A stretch of 64,000 bases of DNA, taken from Epiperipatus broadwayi (Eukaryota; Animalia; Onychophora). Position numbers and translations under genes: made by a program. Where the stretch lies: NCBI GenBank assembly GCA_028023455.1, contig JAQFVV010000005.1:14198001-14262000 (forward strand). Direction: 5' to 3'. This document shows, piece after piece, positions 14,125 through 25,600 of the stretch; positions within the stretch are counted from its first letter, which is position 1; each line of letters starts with the position of its first letter. A model generated the notes under the pieces. It worked only from the letters and a program-made list of their open reading frames with translations, ran no database searches and was not told the DNA's origin.

Positions 14125-14342
14125 TTCATTGGAGAGTTTCATTGCAGACCAATGCGTTGGTGAGCTTCGTTGCAGACCAATTCATTTGGAGAGCATTCGT
14201 GGCAGACCAATTCATGGAGAGCATTCAATGCAGACCAATTCAGCGGAGAGATTGCAGACCATTTCGTTTGGAGAGCATCCGCTTGCAGACCATTCATTGG
14301 AGAGCAGTCAGTGCAGACCATTCATTGGAGAGCATATGCAGT
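14125..14342 (+). repeat. Same minisatellite inside LTR2
   Basis: Unit-by-unit match to the LTR1 array, with a few substitutions. Confidence 0.85.
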
Positions 14343-14468
14343 TGAACATTAGTGAACGTTATTGGATAGTTGCATAGTATGACTGGCAGATTATAACATT
14401 GGCACAGTCGGAAGTGCGGATAGAACAAAAGTGATGGAAGATTTTTTTTTCATTGCTGGCTAATTGTT

Positions 14469-14702
14469 TAAATATTAAACCAGTAGCAATCTCTCCACAC
14501 AGTAGTGCCACCCAGTGCAAGCCCTAATAATCAATGGATACAAAAAGGGTTATCCCCAGTGTAGATAGGGATTTTATGGACAAATCTTGCATCCATTGAT
14601 TACTAGGACTGGCAGTGGTGGCACTACTGTATGGAAAATTTGCTCTGTTTTAACAGCTCCTGTAAACAGAGGAAATGATAATCATGTGATGGTAAATATT
14701 AA
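14469..14702. mobile_element. Short hairpin insertion, family 1 (3' part of the hammerhead-bearing repeat)
   Basis: Inverted arms ~14477-14543 and ~14588-14648. Tail ends in tcatgtgat. 10-bp direct repeat TAAATATTAA at 14469-14478 and 14693-14702. Confidence 0.7.
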
Positions 14703-15299
14703 TTACTAAATCAATATTTTTGAAGAAATATTAGCTTGTGCTAAATGTTTTACTTTGTAATGAATAACACAATTGTTTGATGAAGTAATTTTTTTAATGC
14801 AATAATTTCATTACTTTTTCTGAACTATGTAAATCACTCTTTCTGCTGTGTTTCTATATATATATTTTTTAATAAATATATTTCTAAAATTGTATACATT
14901 TATTCATAAAATTTAGTTACAATATGTAAAATATTTTCACAAATTACATGTATAATTTATCTAACTATAGAAATCCAAAAGGCTAACAAAAATACTAATA
15001 AGACATGGGTGGTTTTTAGTATAGTCTTTAGAATGGTAGCCTTTGGAAAAATAAGAATTAATCTTTATATTTATATGTTGACAGTTTTTGCTTCACAATT
15101 ACTCATTATGGTGGCACAATGATCCTGAATATTGCTCCTTTTCCAATTTAGTAATGATATAATACTAAATCTAATAAGTGTATTGATATTTTCTAAATTT
15201 ATATATTAAAATTTTTTTTTGGTAAAGTGTTACCACAACTGCTTGTTATGCATATGATCATCCGGGTTCAAATCAGGATTAAGAAAAAATTTAATTTCC

Positions 15300-16060
15300 T
15301 TTTTTTAAGTTCCAATCAAATTTAGAGTTTTTTCCTCGATTAGCTGGCCTACAGTCAATCCATTTAAGCATCTAGTATTAATCTGTAAATAGATATCCTG
15401 TTATTCATAGATACAGAGTAAATCAAGAATGAAAAGGCAATCAAACCTTCACTACCTGTTAAGGGATGCTGGGAAACATTTAGTTTGCAGTTCATTGATT
15501 AAAGGCTGTTTTACTTATATGTGTGGACACATAATACAACTTATTTACATACTGTTCTTTATCCTTATTTTAAACCAGTACAAGAAATTTAAAATGTCTT
15601 TACCAAATTCACACATGATTGCGAATCTTCAAACGTGGACATTTGGGTAAGTTTAAGAATCAATAGTAATAAAAATTAAATATTTCATATAAAGCATTAA
15701 TAGGAAACTTGATGTATATTAAGGTTGGAAATAGTCTGACTTATTATTTTCTAAAGCTCACTAAACCTGTTAGGGTATTTTTAAGATGTATATCTCCCAC
15801 TATGCTTATATAACAAATGTTGAATACACTGCTTGCTTTTCATGAGCAAAGACATGAAAAAAACCGATAGAAATAAAAATTAAATATTTCATATAAGGCA
15901 TTCAAGTTCATTAAACTTGGAACTAGTCTGAGTTATCATTTCCTAGAGCTCACTACACCTGCTAGGGTACATTAAGATGTATATCCCATTATTTTTTCCC
16001 ACTTTGCTTAGATAAAAAATGTCGAATCCACTGCTTGCTTTTCACAAGCAAAGACATGAA
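15300..16060 (+). repeat. Dispersed/paralogous repeat block, also at ~19540-20545 and ~33030-34230, with a local ~205 bp tandem duplication (15670-16060)
   Basis: Shared motifs gtaaatcaagaat..ttcactacctgtt and taataggaaa(c/t)ttgat(g/t)tata occur at all three sites. The aaaattaaatatttcatata...gcttgcttttca...agcaaagacatgaaa unit is repeated twice. Confidence 0.65.
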
Positions 16061-16299
16061 AGTCTCTTTTGACATTTGTGTTTGTAGTTTTTATAGTGTC
16101 TTCTTAATTCTTTCTCAAGTGAGGCCAATCATCTTTGATAATTAATAATTTTTAAAACAATAATTCCCATGTAAGATATTAGATTGATAAACAGAGCAAA
16201 ACTCTCCATATAGTATTGCCACCTGTGCTAAACAGAGTAATCAATGGATGCCAGAAGGCTTGTGCATAAAATCCCTATCTAATGCCTATTCATCCAATA

Positions 16300-16341
16300 T
16301 CCCCAGACTAGTTTCTGGCTTGTGGCCTTCGTCAGTGAGGA
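16300..16341 (-). ncRNA. Minimal type-I hammerhead ribozyme motif (family 1, inverted copy)
   Basis: Exact reverse complement of the motif at 16781-16822. Confidence 0.65.
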
Positions 16342-16780
16342 GCTTTGGATCTGAGAGCACTGCATCTAGATCTTAGGATCTAATGCAACCCTCTAGCAAC
16401 CACCTTTTATCTCTACTTAACTACAAAACTATGAGAATGAAATTGAAAACAAAAAATATTTTCAATCTGAGCTCAATAGCTTATATAGTCATATGGGTCT
16501 GAACTCAGTTCAGCACCCATACATTTTGGTGTCTGGCTCTTTTACAACCATAGCCACCACTATCCTAGCTATGGTTGTAAAAGACCCAAAGGCACCAAAA
16601 TGTATGGGTGCTGAACTGACAGACCATATGACTATATAAGCTATTGAGCTTAGATTGAAAATATTTTTTGTGTTTTCAATTTCATTCTCATAGTTTTGTA
16701 GTTAAGTAGAGATAAAAGATGGTTGCTAGAGGGTTGCATTAGATCCTAAGATCTAGATGCAGTGCTCTCAGATCCAAAGC

Positions 16781-16822
16781 TCCTCACTGACGAAGGCCAC
16801 AAGCCAGAAACTAGTCTGGGGA
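16781..16822 (+). ncRNA. Minimal type-I hammerhead ribozyme motif (family 1)
   Basis: tcctca-CTGACGA-a-GGC-cacaa-GCC-a-GAAAC-TA-GTC-tgggga. Stem I is tcctca/tgggga; stem III is the palindromic ACTAGT; predicted cleavage after C16816. The A-A opposition at the base of stem II is non-canonical. Confidence 0.65.
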
Positions 16823-17234
16823 TATTGGATGAGTAGGCATTAGATAGGGATTTTATGCACAAGCCTTCTGGAATCCATTGATTACTCTGTTTAGCACAGG
16901 TGGCAATACTATATGTAGAGTTTTGCTCTGTTTATCAACAATTAATGTGCTAGTATAGGAAATGTGATCATGTGATTCTTAATGGTTTAACACCAATCCT
17001 GCCTAATAGAGTAGTGGTGGCTATGGTTGTAAAAGAGCCAAAGACACCAAAATGTATGGGTGCTGAACTGAGTTCAGACCCATACGACTATATAAGCTAT
17101 TGAGCTTAGATTGAAAATATTTTTTGTTTTCAATTTCATTCTCATAGTTTTGTAGTTAAGTAGAGATAAAAGGTGGTTGCTAAAGGGTTGCATTAGATCC
17201 TAAGATCTAGATGCAGTGCTCTCAGATCCAAAGC

Positions 17235-17276
17235 TCCTCACTGACGAAGGCCACAAGCCAGAAACTAGTCTGGGGA
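17235..17276 (+). ncRNA. Minimal type-I hammerhead ribozyme motif (family 1, tandem copy)
   Basis: Identical motif; predicted cleavage after C17270, 454 nt downstream of the previous site. Confidence 0.65.
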
Positions 17277-17632
17277 TATTGGATGAGTAGGCATTAGATA
17301 GGGATTTTATGCACAAGCCTTCTGGCATCCATTGATTACTCTGTTTAGCACAGGTGGCAATACTATATGGAGAGTTTTGCTCTGTTTATCAACAATTAAT
17401 GTGCTACTATAGGAAATGTGATCATGTGATATTAGATTGATTAATCTTTTTGGAATTTCAAACAATATTAAATTAATTGTGGAACTGATTAATCTAATTA
17501 GTTGGGTTTTTTTTGGTTATGTTAAAACTAATAATTTAAATTGGTTTTTCTTTACTCTAAATCAAGAAATTAATTAGTTTTCATTTATAGTATTTTTGCT
17601 TGATATAACCCACCCCCCTTCATAGAAACTAA

Positions 17633-17739
17633 TCTTATATTGATCTTTTAAGTATTCTGGAGCCTTCTACTTTTTTTAAAAATTCTTATATTGATCTTTT
17701 AAGTATTCTGGAGCCTTCTACTTTTTTTAAAAATTCTTA
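17633..17739 (+). repeat. Perfect 51-bp tandem duplication
   Basis: tcttatattgatcttttaagtattctggagccttctac...aaaaat starts at 17633 and 17684. Confidence 0.9.
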
Positions 17740-19889
17740 ATGTCTCTTAAAAGTATTATCAGCTGGGCTAGTGATATTATCTGCTAGTACTTGCTGATTT
17801 TGGGGAATTGATTTGGTGTTGATCATTCAGTTATAACAGTGAATGATATATTTCATTTGTGTTGCAACTTCAGTCAGCACTTTGATAATACAATCTAATT
17901 TATTTTTTTCAACAACATGTCTCGGATCCAAATTTTTTCACGTATTTGAAATTTATTCAGTACCTGCCCCTTTAAAGTTTTATTTGGAAAAAAAATATTG
18001 TTAAGCTATTTTTAAGTTTCCAAATAATAATTCAGCAGAAACGTTTTAGGTTACTGCCACTGAAATTGAATGTTGTAACAATATAGTTAATACTGCTTCT
18101 TAAATGTCAGACCTGCTTTATTTAAAGCAGTTTTTAATTTGCTTACTGCATTCTCTCTCAAACCATTGGATTCTGGATGTCAGAATAGTTTATTGTTTAG
18201 CCCTCTTCTCCACCAATTCAAGTAAAGTTAATGTCATTATTGTGGCAAAACTAAATATGAGATCTTCCTTAATTTCATTATTTCTTCCATGCTAGTATTT
18301 CTTACTATTTGATATTCTATCCATTGACAGTACTAAAACTGAAAATATCCCTTGAAGGGTCATCACAATCAGTGTAATAAGGTTTAGCTGCTTTTGGCCA
18401 TTCTACATGTTTTCTTTGACAGATTACCTATAGATTGATATGATTTACAATTTTTAATGAAATTTGTATAATTAAGCTATCAGGCATAGTTTCTCACTAG
18501 CACTTTGGCTCTCGATATTCTTGGATGATTGTGTGATATGCTTTTGGCCATGTTATATATGTTTTCTTTGGTAGATTAATTATAGATTGACATGATTTAT
18601 AATATTTATTGAAAATTTGTATATTAGACCACCAAGCATGGTTTCATAGTAGCACTTAAGACTGTGGAAAAGTAGATTAAGTATCTTTTCATTTCCACTT
18701 GTTGGTATTACAATTGAGTCACAATTAATGACTATTTTTGAGAATGATTGGCTACTTTGCAGGCCATCTTCTGTTTATGCACTTAATTAACTCGTGATAC
18801 TTTTCATAATTTTTGCTTCTGTTTTGTTATAATTTTGATGTTTAAATAATTTGAATCATAGTATCAATATTCATTTTAGCTTCTCCCACTTTCTGGAATT
18901 CCAGTTTGTCAAAGTTACAGATTATATTTGCATGTTGAATTAGTTTTCCCTTTATTTGCCCATGTTGACAACTATATGTTATGTTAAATTCAGCAGTATA
19001 GCATATATAGGTTTAAATAATCAGGAATAGATACTGTACTGGTGAATATTCTTAAGAGTGGTTTATGGTATGTTATTATTGAAAAATATTTGTTTCAGAT
19101 ATAATGATAGAATATTTTTATCCAAATATTATAGCCAGAGTTTTTTATCAGACTGTTGTTGTTGTTTTTTTAATTTAGATACTGCTTACATTCTTTCTTT
19201 CCTATACATTGGACAATCACTGTACCATATTTTAATCACTGATAATTATTACATTAAAATTCCTGTAAGGAATTTTTCATGATTACTGAAGCCTAAATTT
19301 ATTTAATCATGTTCTCTTAGTTTTTGATCTTCATCCATTTTTGATTTTTTCCTTTTCTATATTTAGCAATGGGAGTGATTAAATAAAAGAGGTTGCCCTG
19401 AAGGATAACCTTTATAGAGTTTCCTACATCTGCTCTCCATTACATATTACTCATCATGAATGTATAGAAAAAAATATTCTATTTGACAATTCATTTTGCT
19501 ATTTTTATAAGTGTCTTTTTTATTCTTTCTCTAGAGTAGCTAATCATCCAATATTGATTAGTAAATGATTATTTAACTACATTGGAAAAGGTTAAATCAA
19601 GATTGGAAAGTCACTCAAATTTTCACTGCGTACTAACTTGAAATTCTTGTTCTTCTGCAATAGGTTGCTAAAAAGCACTTTGCAGTTGATTAATTAAAAG
19701 CTGTTTTACTTATGTGCCTAAATGTATGCATATAACTGACTTAAGATATTTTCTTTTTAGACTTTTTTTATCATCACTAGGTTAATTCAAAATATCTTTG
19801 CCAAATACAATATATTTATTGTATATATAAATATAAACATTCCCAGCAATGAATATTATATAATATATTGAGATTAACATTCCAACTTC

Positions 19890-20220
19890 TAGATTATTTA
19901 GTAAATTAAATATTCTCAATTCAAAGCATAAATCTTAGAGAAAAGAATGGACCATCTGATCTCTTTACCTCAATTTAAACAGGCTTTCTGAAGCATTTTG
20001 GAAAGAAAGCATCAATATTTTTATATCAATCAAATTATTTTTAAAGATAGCTTTAAATATAATTTGATTGATATAAAAATATTCATGCTTTCTTTCCAAA
20101 ATGCTTCTGAGAAGCCTCTATAAATAAACTGGAGTAAAGAGAAAAGACAGACCATTTTTTTCTCTAAAAAAGTTTTGTCTTGTGCTTTGTATTGAGAGTA
20201 TTTTGTTTACTTAATAGACC
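19890..20220. repeat. Diverged palindrome: core 19981-20117, imperfect arms ~165 bp
   Basis: gaagcattttggaaagaaagcatcaatatttttatatcaatcaaattat is mirrored around ttaaagatagctttaa. The outer arms still align (ttagagaaaa.../...ttttctctaa). Confidence 0.8.
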
Positions 20221-20549
20221 AGTAAATGAAGTATATTTAGTGATGGATTTACATACATATAAATCTTTAAAAGTGGCTAATTGATTAAAGTTAATTAAGA
20301 ATTCTTGAAAATAAACAAAAAAATTTCAATCCCATTTACAAGTGTTAACAGGAAATTTGATGTATACTAATTAAGTTTGGGACTAGAACTGATTTATCAT
20401 TTACTAGAAAATATAATTAACATAGTGTTAAAATTATTTATAGAAACCTACCAGATGCTTTTCAAAAACTCTATTTGAAAGCTGGGATGAAGTTTTTGCT
20501 GATATTGATAAAAAATGAATCTGGATTTATTTTAAAACAAAACCATGGT

Positions 20550-23293
20550 ATCAATTTATTATGGCTCAATTTCGACAATCTTATCCAGATTGAATTCAAC
20601 ATTTATTTCTGCAGGCCAATGAATATATCAATAAATAGTAAGTCCATTTAGAAATAAAACCGGATAACAACAAATAAATGTCAGAGCTAAATGGTAGTTT
20701 GCATAGTGTCTACAATATTGTTAAAGCAGTGACACAAGTTCATGTTGAATTAGAAGCTGCTTTGATTATAAACCTGACACGAGGCAAACTGTCACAGAGC
20801 AGCTGGAAGTTTTAGGCAACCCTAGAAGGGCACCTGAATTCCCTTGCTGCACCTAGTCAATATATCAGGTAAATAGAATAGCAGATGTTTTATATAAAAT
20901 ATATATTATATATAAGCTTAATAAATATTTAAATGTACTTATATGAGTTCATGTTTATTCTGCAAATATATAAAAACAAGATTTGGTGTAATCATGACAG
21001 GATCTTATATGTGTGGGTTATTTAGATTTTTGTCATTAATTACAAAAATATGACAGCTAATATTATTAGCACATCAATAAAAATTAAAGAATCAAATGTG
21101 TGTAGTTGCTCACTGTCTGTAAAGAAAGAAGAAAAAATTATTTTTCTCTCATGGTAGTAAAAAATTAAATTGACTAATATTGCCCAACCTATATGGATCG
21201 AATGCTTTTTTATTTGCAAGCTAATCACATTAATGCTTTTTTATTTGCAAGCTAATCAAATTAAAATTAGCATCATTTATGTATGATGAATAATTGTAAG
21301 AGATTTTAAGATCACAAGTGATTTTGTTACTTCCAGCTGAGCTTGATTTTGACAAATATCTCTGTTGTCAGTGTTTTCTGTCCAAAATTTCTTAACAATA
21401 ATGCAAAGATATCACTTCAATATGTACTCGAGGAGAGGGGAAGTGGGATTTTGCCACTAGGCTTGGGATGCTTGCATTTATCTTAGAGTTCGGGGATTTG
21501 TTAAACAAAGCATTAAGAGATTATTACATTTGAGGAATGCATCATTACAAGCTCGGGATCAAATTGTTAATGGATCCAAATACTACTTTGAATCCATAGT
21601 TTTGCAAGCAACCCTGGCAGAATTTATGGCAATTCAGACTGCCCTAAAATAAATAGTCCCAGCATTAAAGATGTGGATTTGAAAGCGGATCTGTCAAAAC
21701 TTTTCTGATGAGAATGAGCTGAAGGATCTACTGCAGATAATATTGTGTGCACTTGTTATAGATGTGACAAATCAAAACATATGCACATTGAATGTATAAA
21801 TCAGTATACAATATGTATATTTTGTGTGCTAAACACAGATGCTGCTTGTTTTGAAAAGAAAGAAAAGTCCATTTCTAAAAGTGGAAAGGACAATGTAAAT
21901 TAATGCCCATATAAATGAAGTGTTGATTCTGTCTTCAAAGGCAGAATTACTACTAATGATGTGCCAATAATAATGAAACTTGATGCAGGGTCTACAATAT
22001 CAAAAAACACATAAGCTATCATTAGTAGAAAAAATAATCATCACTTGTATCCTAGCAGAAAAGTGATTACAAACAATCAAAGTAATCAAATATCACTTGT
22101 GTCAAACAGTTAAAGTTATGTCTAATAAAATAATTCTGCTTCTTGTATCAGCTGCGAAACACAACAATTTATTAGGCCATGATTGGTTCAATTACTTGGA
22201 CTTTATAGTGATTAAAGTGAACTAATTCATAAAAATAAAATCAAAAAGAGTATACCCAGAAGATAAACTGGGTTTGAATCCTTGGGAAAACCTATCAGTC
22301 TGTAGGTCTAATCAATATAGTCATGAAAATAAAAGTGATAAAGTGTGAATAGATTGTCAAGTTTTATGTTGCATGTTTAAGGGAATCACCAAATGGGTTC
22401 CAGTAGTTATGATCAAATTAAAAGGTTGCAAACAAAATGAACATCAACACCACAGGCACAGATACCAATAAGGTTAAACTACAAGTCACAAGCCAGCAGT
22501 GAAGAGTCAACAATGTTCAAAGACTAGATCTATTGATGCAAATAGCATATCTACAAATGAAGATAGATGATGTACAACAAATGAAGATATCAGACCTGCT
22601 AATAAAGACATCACCCCTACTGATAAAGACACAGAACTTGAAGATAATGGATCCAGATCTAAAGCCAGAAAGTAATAAAGATGTCTATCAATGTATTTAT
22701 CTGAATAACTACAATCTCTAGGGCTATTCTCAACTTACCTTCAATTAATGAACTTATTCACATACAATCTCATCTTGATTGGACTTAGCATTCATCGCTA
22801 CAGACCAATTAAATATATGAATAGATAAGATATATCCAATGGCGGAAACAGGTCAATAGATGATGCTCAATGAATCCGATTGCGCTCATTATGGATGATC
22901 TTGTTATAAATAGGCGTTAAGAGCAGTCAACAAATAACTGTCAGAGATGAACAGCAGAAAGGACTTTGTTCACAATATTGTTAAAGGTAAGTTCACATCG
23001 AATTGGAAACTTGACAAGAGGGAAGCTATGATAGTACTGCTAGAAGTATTATTCTACTTAGGCAAGCTATCACGATACAGAAGAAAGCGTTAGGCAAATC
23101 TAAAAGACATCTGAAATCACTTACTTCATTAGTAGCACGGCAACTAGACGATATACTTGGCTAACATAGGCGAACAGTGTAAAGAAGTTTTCCGTAAAAT
23201 ATATTGTAAATAAACTTAGCAACTTTTTTTTTCCTACGATCGTACTTATGCGAGTTTGTGTTTATTCTGCGAATATAAAAAGCACACCACTAC
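20550..23293 (+). mobile_element. Decayed, internally deleted Ty3/gypsy LTR retrotransposon
   Basis: Diverged direct repeats at ~20550-20990 and ~22740-23293. Internal broken frames: gag-like EFGDLLNKALRD (~21490), protease IMKLDAGSTIS (~21970) and NLLGHDW (~22170), integrase C-terminal KWVPVV..RHRYQ (~22390-22470). Boundaries are approximate. Confidence 0.65.
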
Positions 23294-23464
23294 AGTAATT
23301 TGCATAATCTATGGTAGCGTCCCGAACAAATGGCGAACAATTGGCCCTCTATTTTTAAAAATTTAAATAACTCCCTTTTTCCCACAAAAAAAAAAAGATG
23401 TAAATATTTTCATCTAAAAAATAAAATAAAAAAAAAAAAATAAAAAATATATTATTTAAATTAT

Positions 23465-23498
<34 letters not shown>

Positions 23499-23563
23499 TT
23501 TTTAAAATATTATAAATTTTATAATTATTTAAAATTAAAAAAAAAAAAAAAAAATAAAAAAAT

Positions 23564-23598
23564 GGGGGAGGGAGGGGGGGAGGGGGGGGGGGAGGGGG
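23564..23598 (+). repeat. Poly-G/purine tract (G-quadruplex-capable) next to A/T homopolymer runs
   Basis: gggggagggagggggggagggggggggggaggggg read directly. Confidence 0.8.
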
Positions 23599-23599
23599 A

Positions 23600-25600
23600 T
23601 GTGTTATAAAGAAAAATCTATTTGACCCCGCGTATAAACAAGTTATTTCTAGATTAACGTTAAGAAAATGTTACACTTACCCTTTATGGATTTAAGATTC
23701 ATACATCTTTAATTAAGTGTCCTTTGACTAGGAAAAGAAAGATCAAAATATTTAGGAATTATGGGAAAGGAATCTCCTTTGAGTAACGAATCGCGTGATT
23801 AAAACTAGAGATATTATGGCGTATCATGTGCCTGTTTTCGAAAAACAAAGTAATGATTGACGTAGCAAAAGGTTATTTTTTTGTTGTTGTTTTGCGCCGC
23901 TTATAGACAGTTTCTGTATGTACTCTTATTCAAACTAAATTAAGCTGTAAATATTTCAAAATAGATGTATTTTAAATACCATTATTAATCATTCTAATTG
24001 ATTTACATGTAGGGAATTGCGAGTATAACGTTATTTGCCGTTTTTATTTTTTGTAAAAATTTATCTCTGATTTTCGAAATCAGATTTTATTCTCAGTATA
24101 TTTATATTTACTTTGTTAAATTTAATTAATATCAAAAGAATAATTCAATAAAACATTACACTTAATAGACTGCAATGTCTTTTTAATTTAAGCCAAAATA
24201 TTCCCGGAGTATTTTACTACGGTGTATTTAAATAAGATATTTATTTTATGTAGCGCTATGTTTTATAAATTGTAATATTAATATTAAGCTAATGTGTGTC
24301 TTGTGTAAATTATCCACTCTAAATTAAATTCAAAGAAAGAAGTTTAAATGCGAGCTGCATTTATTAATTAAGATTTGGTATAGAAATATTTGGTATTATG
24401 TTGAACTTAAATCGTTACTACGCGCTGGGACGTGACCCTGCATTAAAGGCAAACTGAATGAGATATGCATCCTAGTTCGAACATAAGCCATTTATTTGGT
24501 GGCATCGAACTTTCAAGATCCTCGTTTTTCAGTATAACTGTCATTAGAATGTTTTTGTTTAGCAATTAACTACCATTGAGCATTCAACTTCTAAATCTTT
24601 ATTCCCGAAAGTTGATCGGTGATTTTTCTGAATTCGTTAATGCTTGTTGATAAAACCACTAATAGAAAATATATTATACATCTCTTTGATATTTATTCTG
24701 CTTTATAGCCCTGAAAATACCTGGGCTATTTTTGGATTCCTGTGGGGTTTTTTAGTATTTAGGTGCCTCGTGTCATTACTGGGCGAATTGTTAGTTTGAG
24801 ACATGTCTACTGATTAAATTATATGATTTACTTGATCTGCTGAAACAGTAGAGTCGAGACGCATGGTGTATATCATAAGTAATGATTTGTCTTGATGCTC
24901 TAGATCTCTGCTCTTCTATTTGCAGTTCAGTCTTAGTGTTTAAATTTATGATAGTCTTACTGGTGTTCATTTGTTGCTTCTTTTGTAAATCCTAAATGAA
25001 CTTTTGATTCCTGGCTGACATTTCATTTTCTCCTATCAATGCTTCATGTAGATCAGTTCTAATAGTTTGATGATTCATCAAAGGTTTTGCTGGTGTTTTG
25101 CCATAAGTAATCCATAGTGTCATAATGCTGTACTAATAATGTTCTAGGTAGTAGTGTGCTCCCATTTCTTGGAACATGTATTTTTATTGACTGTTGCTCT
25201 TATAGTTTATGCAGGTTGTTGATGCCATTTTTCATAAAGTCTTCAAACTGACTGATGTGAAAGTCATAATATTCTCTGAAATAACAACTTTAGAAATTCC
25301 ATGGGTAAATCATAGTTTTTCTAGTGCATTAATAAATGCTGAAAAGTGGAAATATCAACCCATTAGACTAAATTGTATTAAGTGTAAGAGAATGGCAAAC
25401 AACAACAAAATACAAACCTTTTTGACAATAATTTTGTGATTACCCTATTTCCTAATTAATTATGTTCACATTAACTGAGTTAGCAAAAAGAAAACAAGTA
25501 AAAGTTGTAATATATTATTATATATTAATAAAATTAGCAATAATGAAAAGGTGCACATAGTATAAAGCTATCAATTAATAATATTAAGTCTAAACTAGGA
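23600..25600 (+). other. Conserved non-coding block upstream of ZNF paralog 2 (putative promoter/5' region), paralogous to 54255-56100
   Basis: Matches such as cgcgtataaa..aacgttaa..aaaatgttaca, gaatc(g/a)cgtg.ttaaaact and gatgccattttt..aagtcttcaaactgactgatgtg occur in both blocks. CpG is visibly more frequent than in the flanks. Promoter function is inferred. Confidence 0.5.

Larger units (their letters stand above)
12737..14427 (+). mobile_element. Non-autonomous miniature LTR retroelement (TRIM-like): two ~700 bp LTRs and a ~290 bp non-coding internal region
   Basis: 5-bp TSD AAAGT (12732-12736; 14428-14432). LTR1 12737-13431 (TA..CA, TG mutated) and LTR2 13722-14427 (TG..CA). PBS TGGCGCAGTCG at 13433; purine tract at 13706-13721. 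Confidence 0.9.
16175..17441. mobile_element. Palindromic plus tandem non-autonomous element, family 1 (Penelope pLTR / retrozyme-like), with three hammerhead motifs
   Basis: Inverted arms 16184-16554 and 16568-16938 (371 bp each, 13-nt loop). A second direct copy spans 17012-17430 (period ~454). 14-bp direct repeat GATATTAGATTGAT at 16175-16188 and 17428-17441. Confidence 0.85.

Noticed and set aside
13130-14342. CRISPR-like regularly spaced repeats
   Set aside because: The units are contiguous minisatellite copies with no unique spacers. They lie inside LTRs in eukaryotic DNA, and no cas genes are present.
13133-14377. Several overlapping 60-94 aa ORFs on both strands
   Set aside because: By-products of the GC-richer LTR minisatellite, duplicated in both LTRs, with no domain motifs.
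17750-19000. Decayed LINE on the minus strand
   Set aside because: Only isolated peptide resemblances (WFERECSK; KGAGTE) were seen, too weak to call without a profile search.
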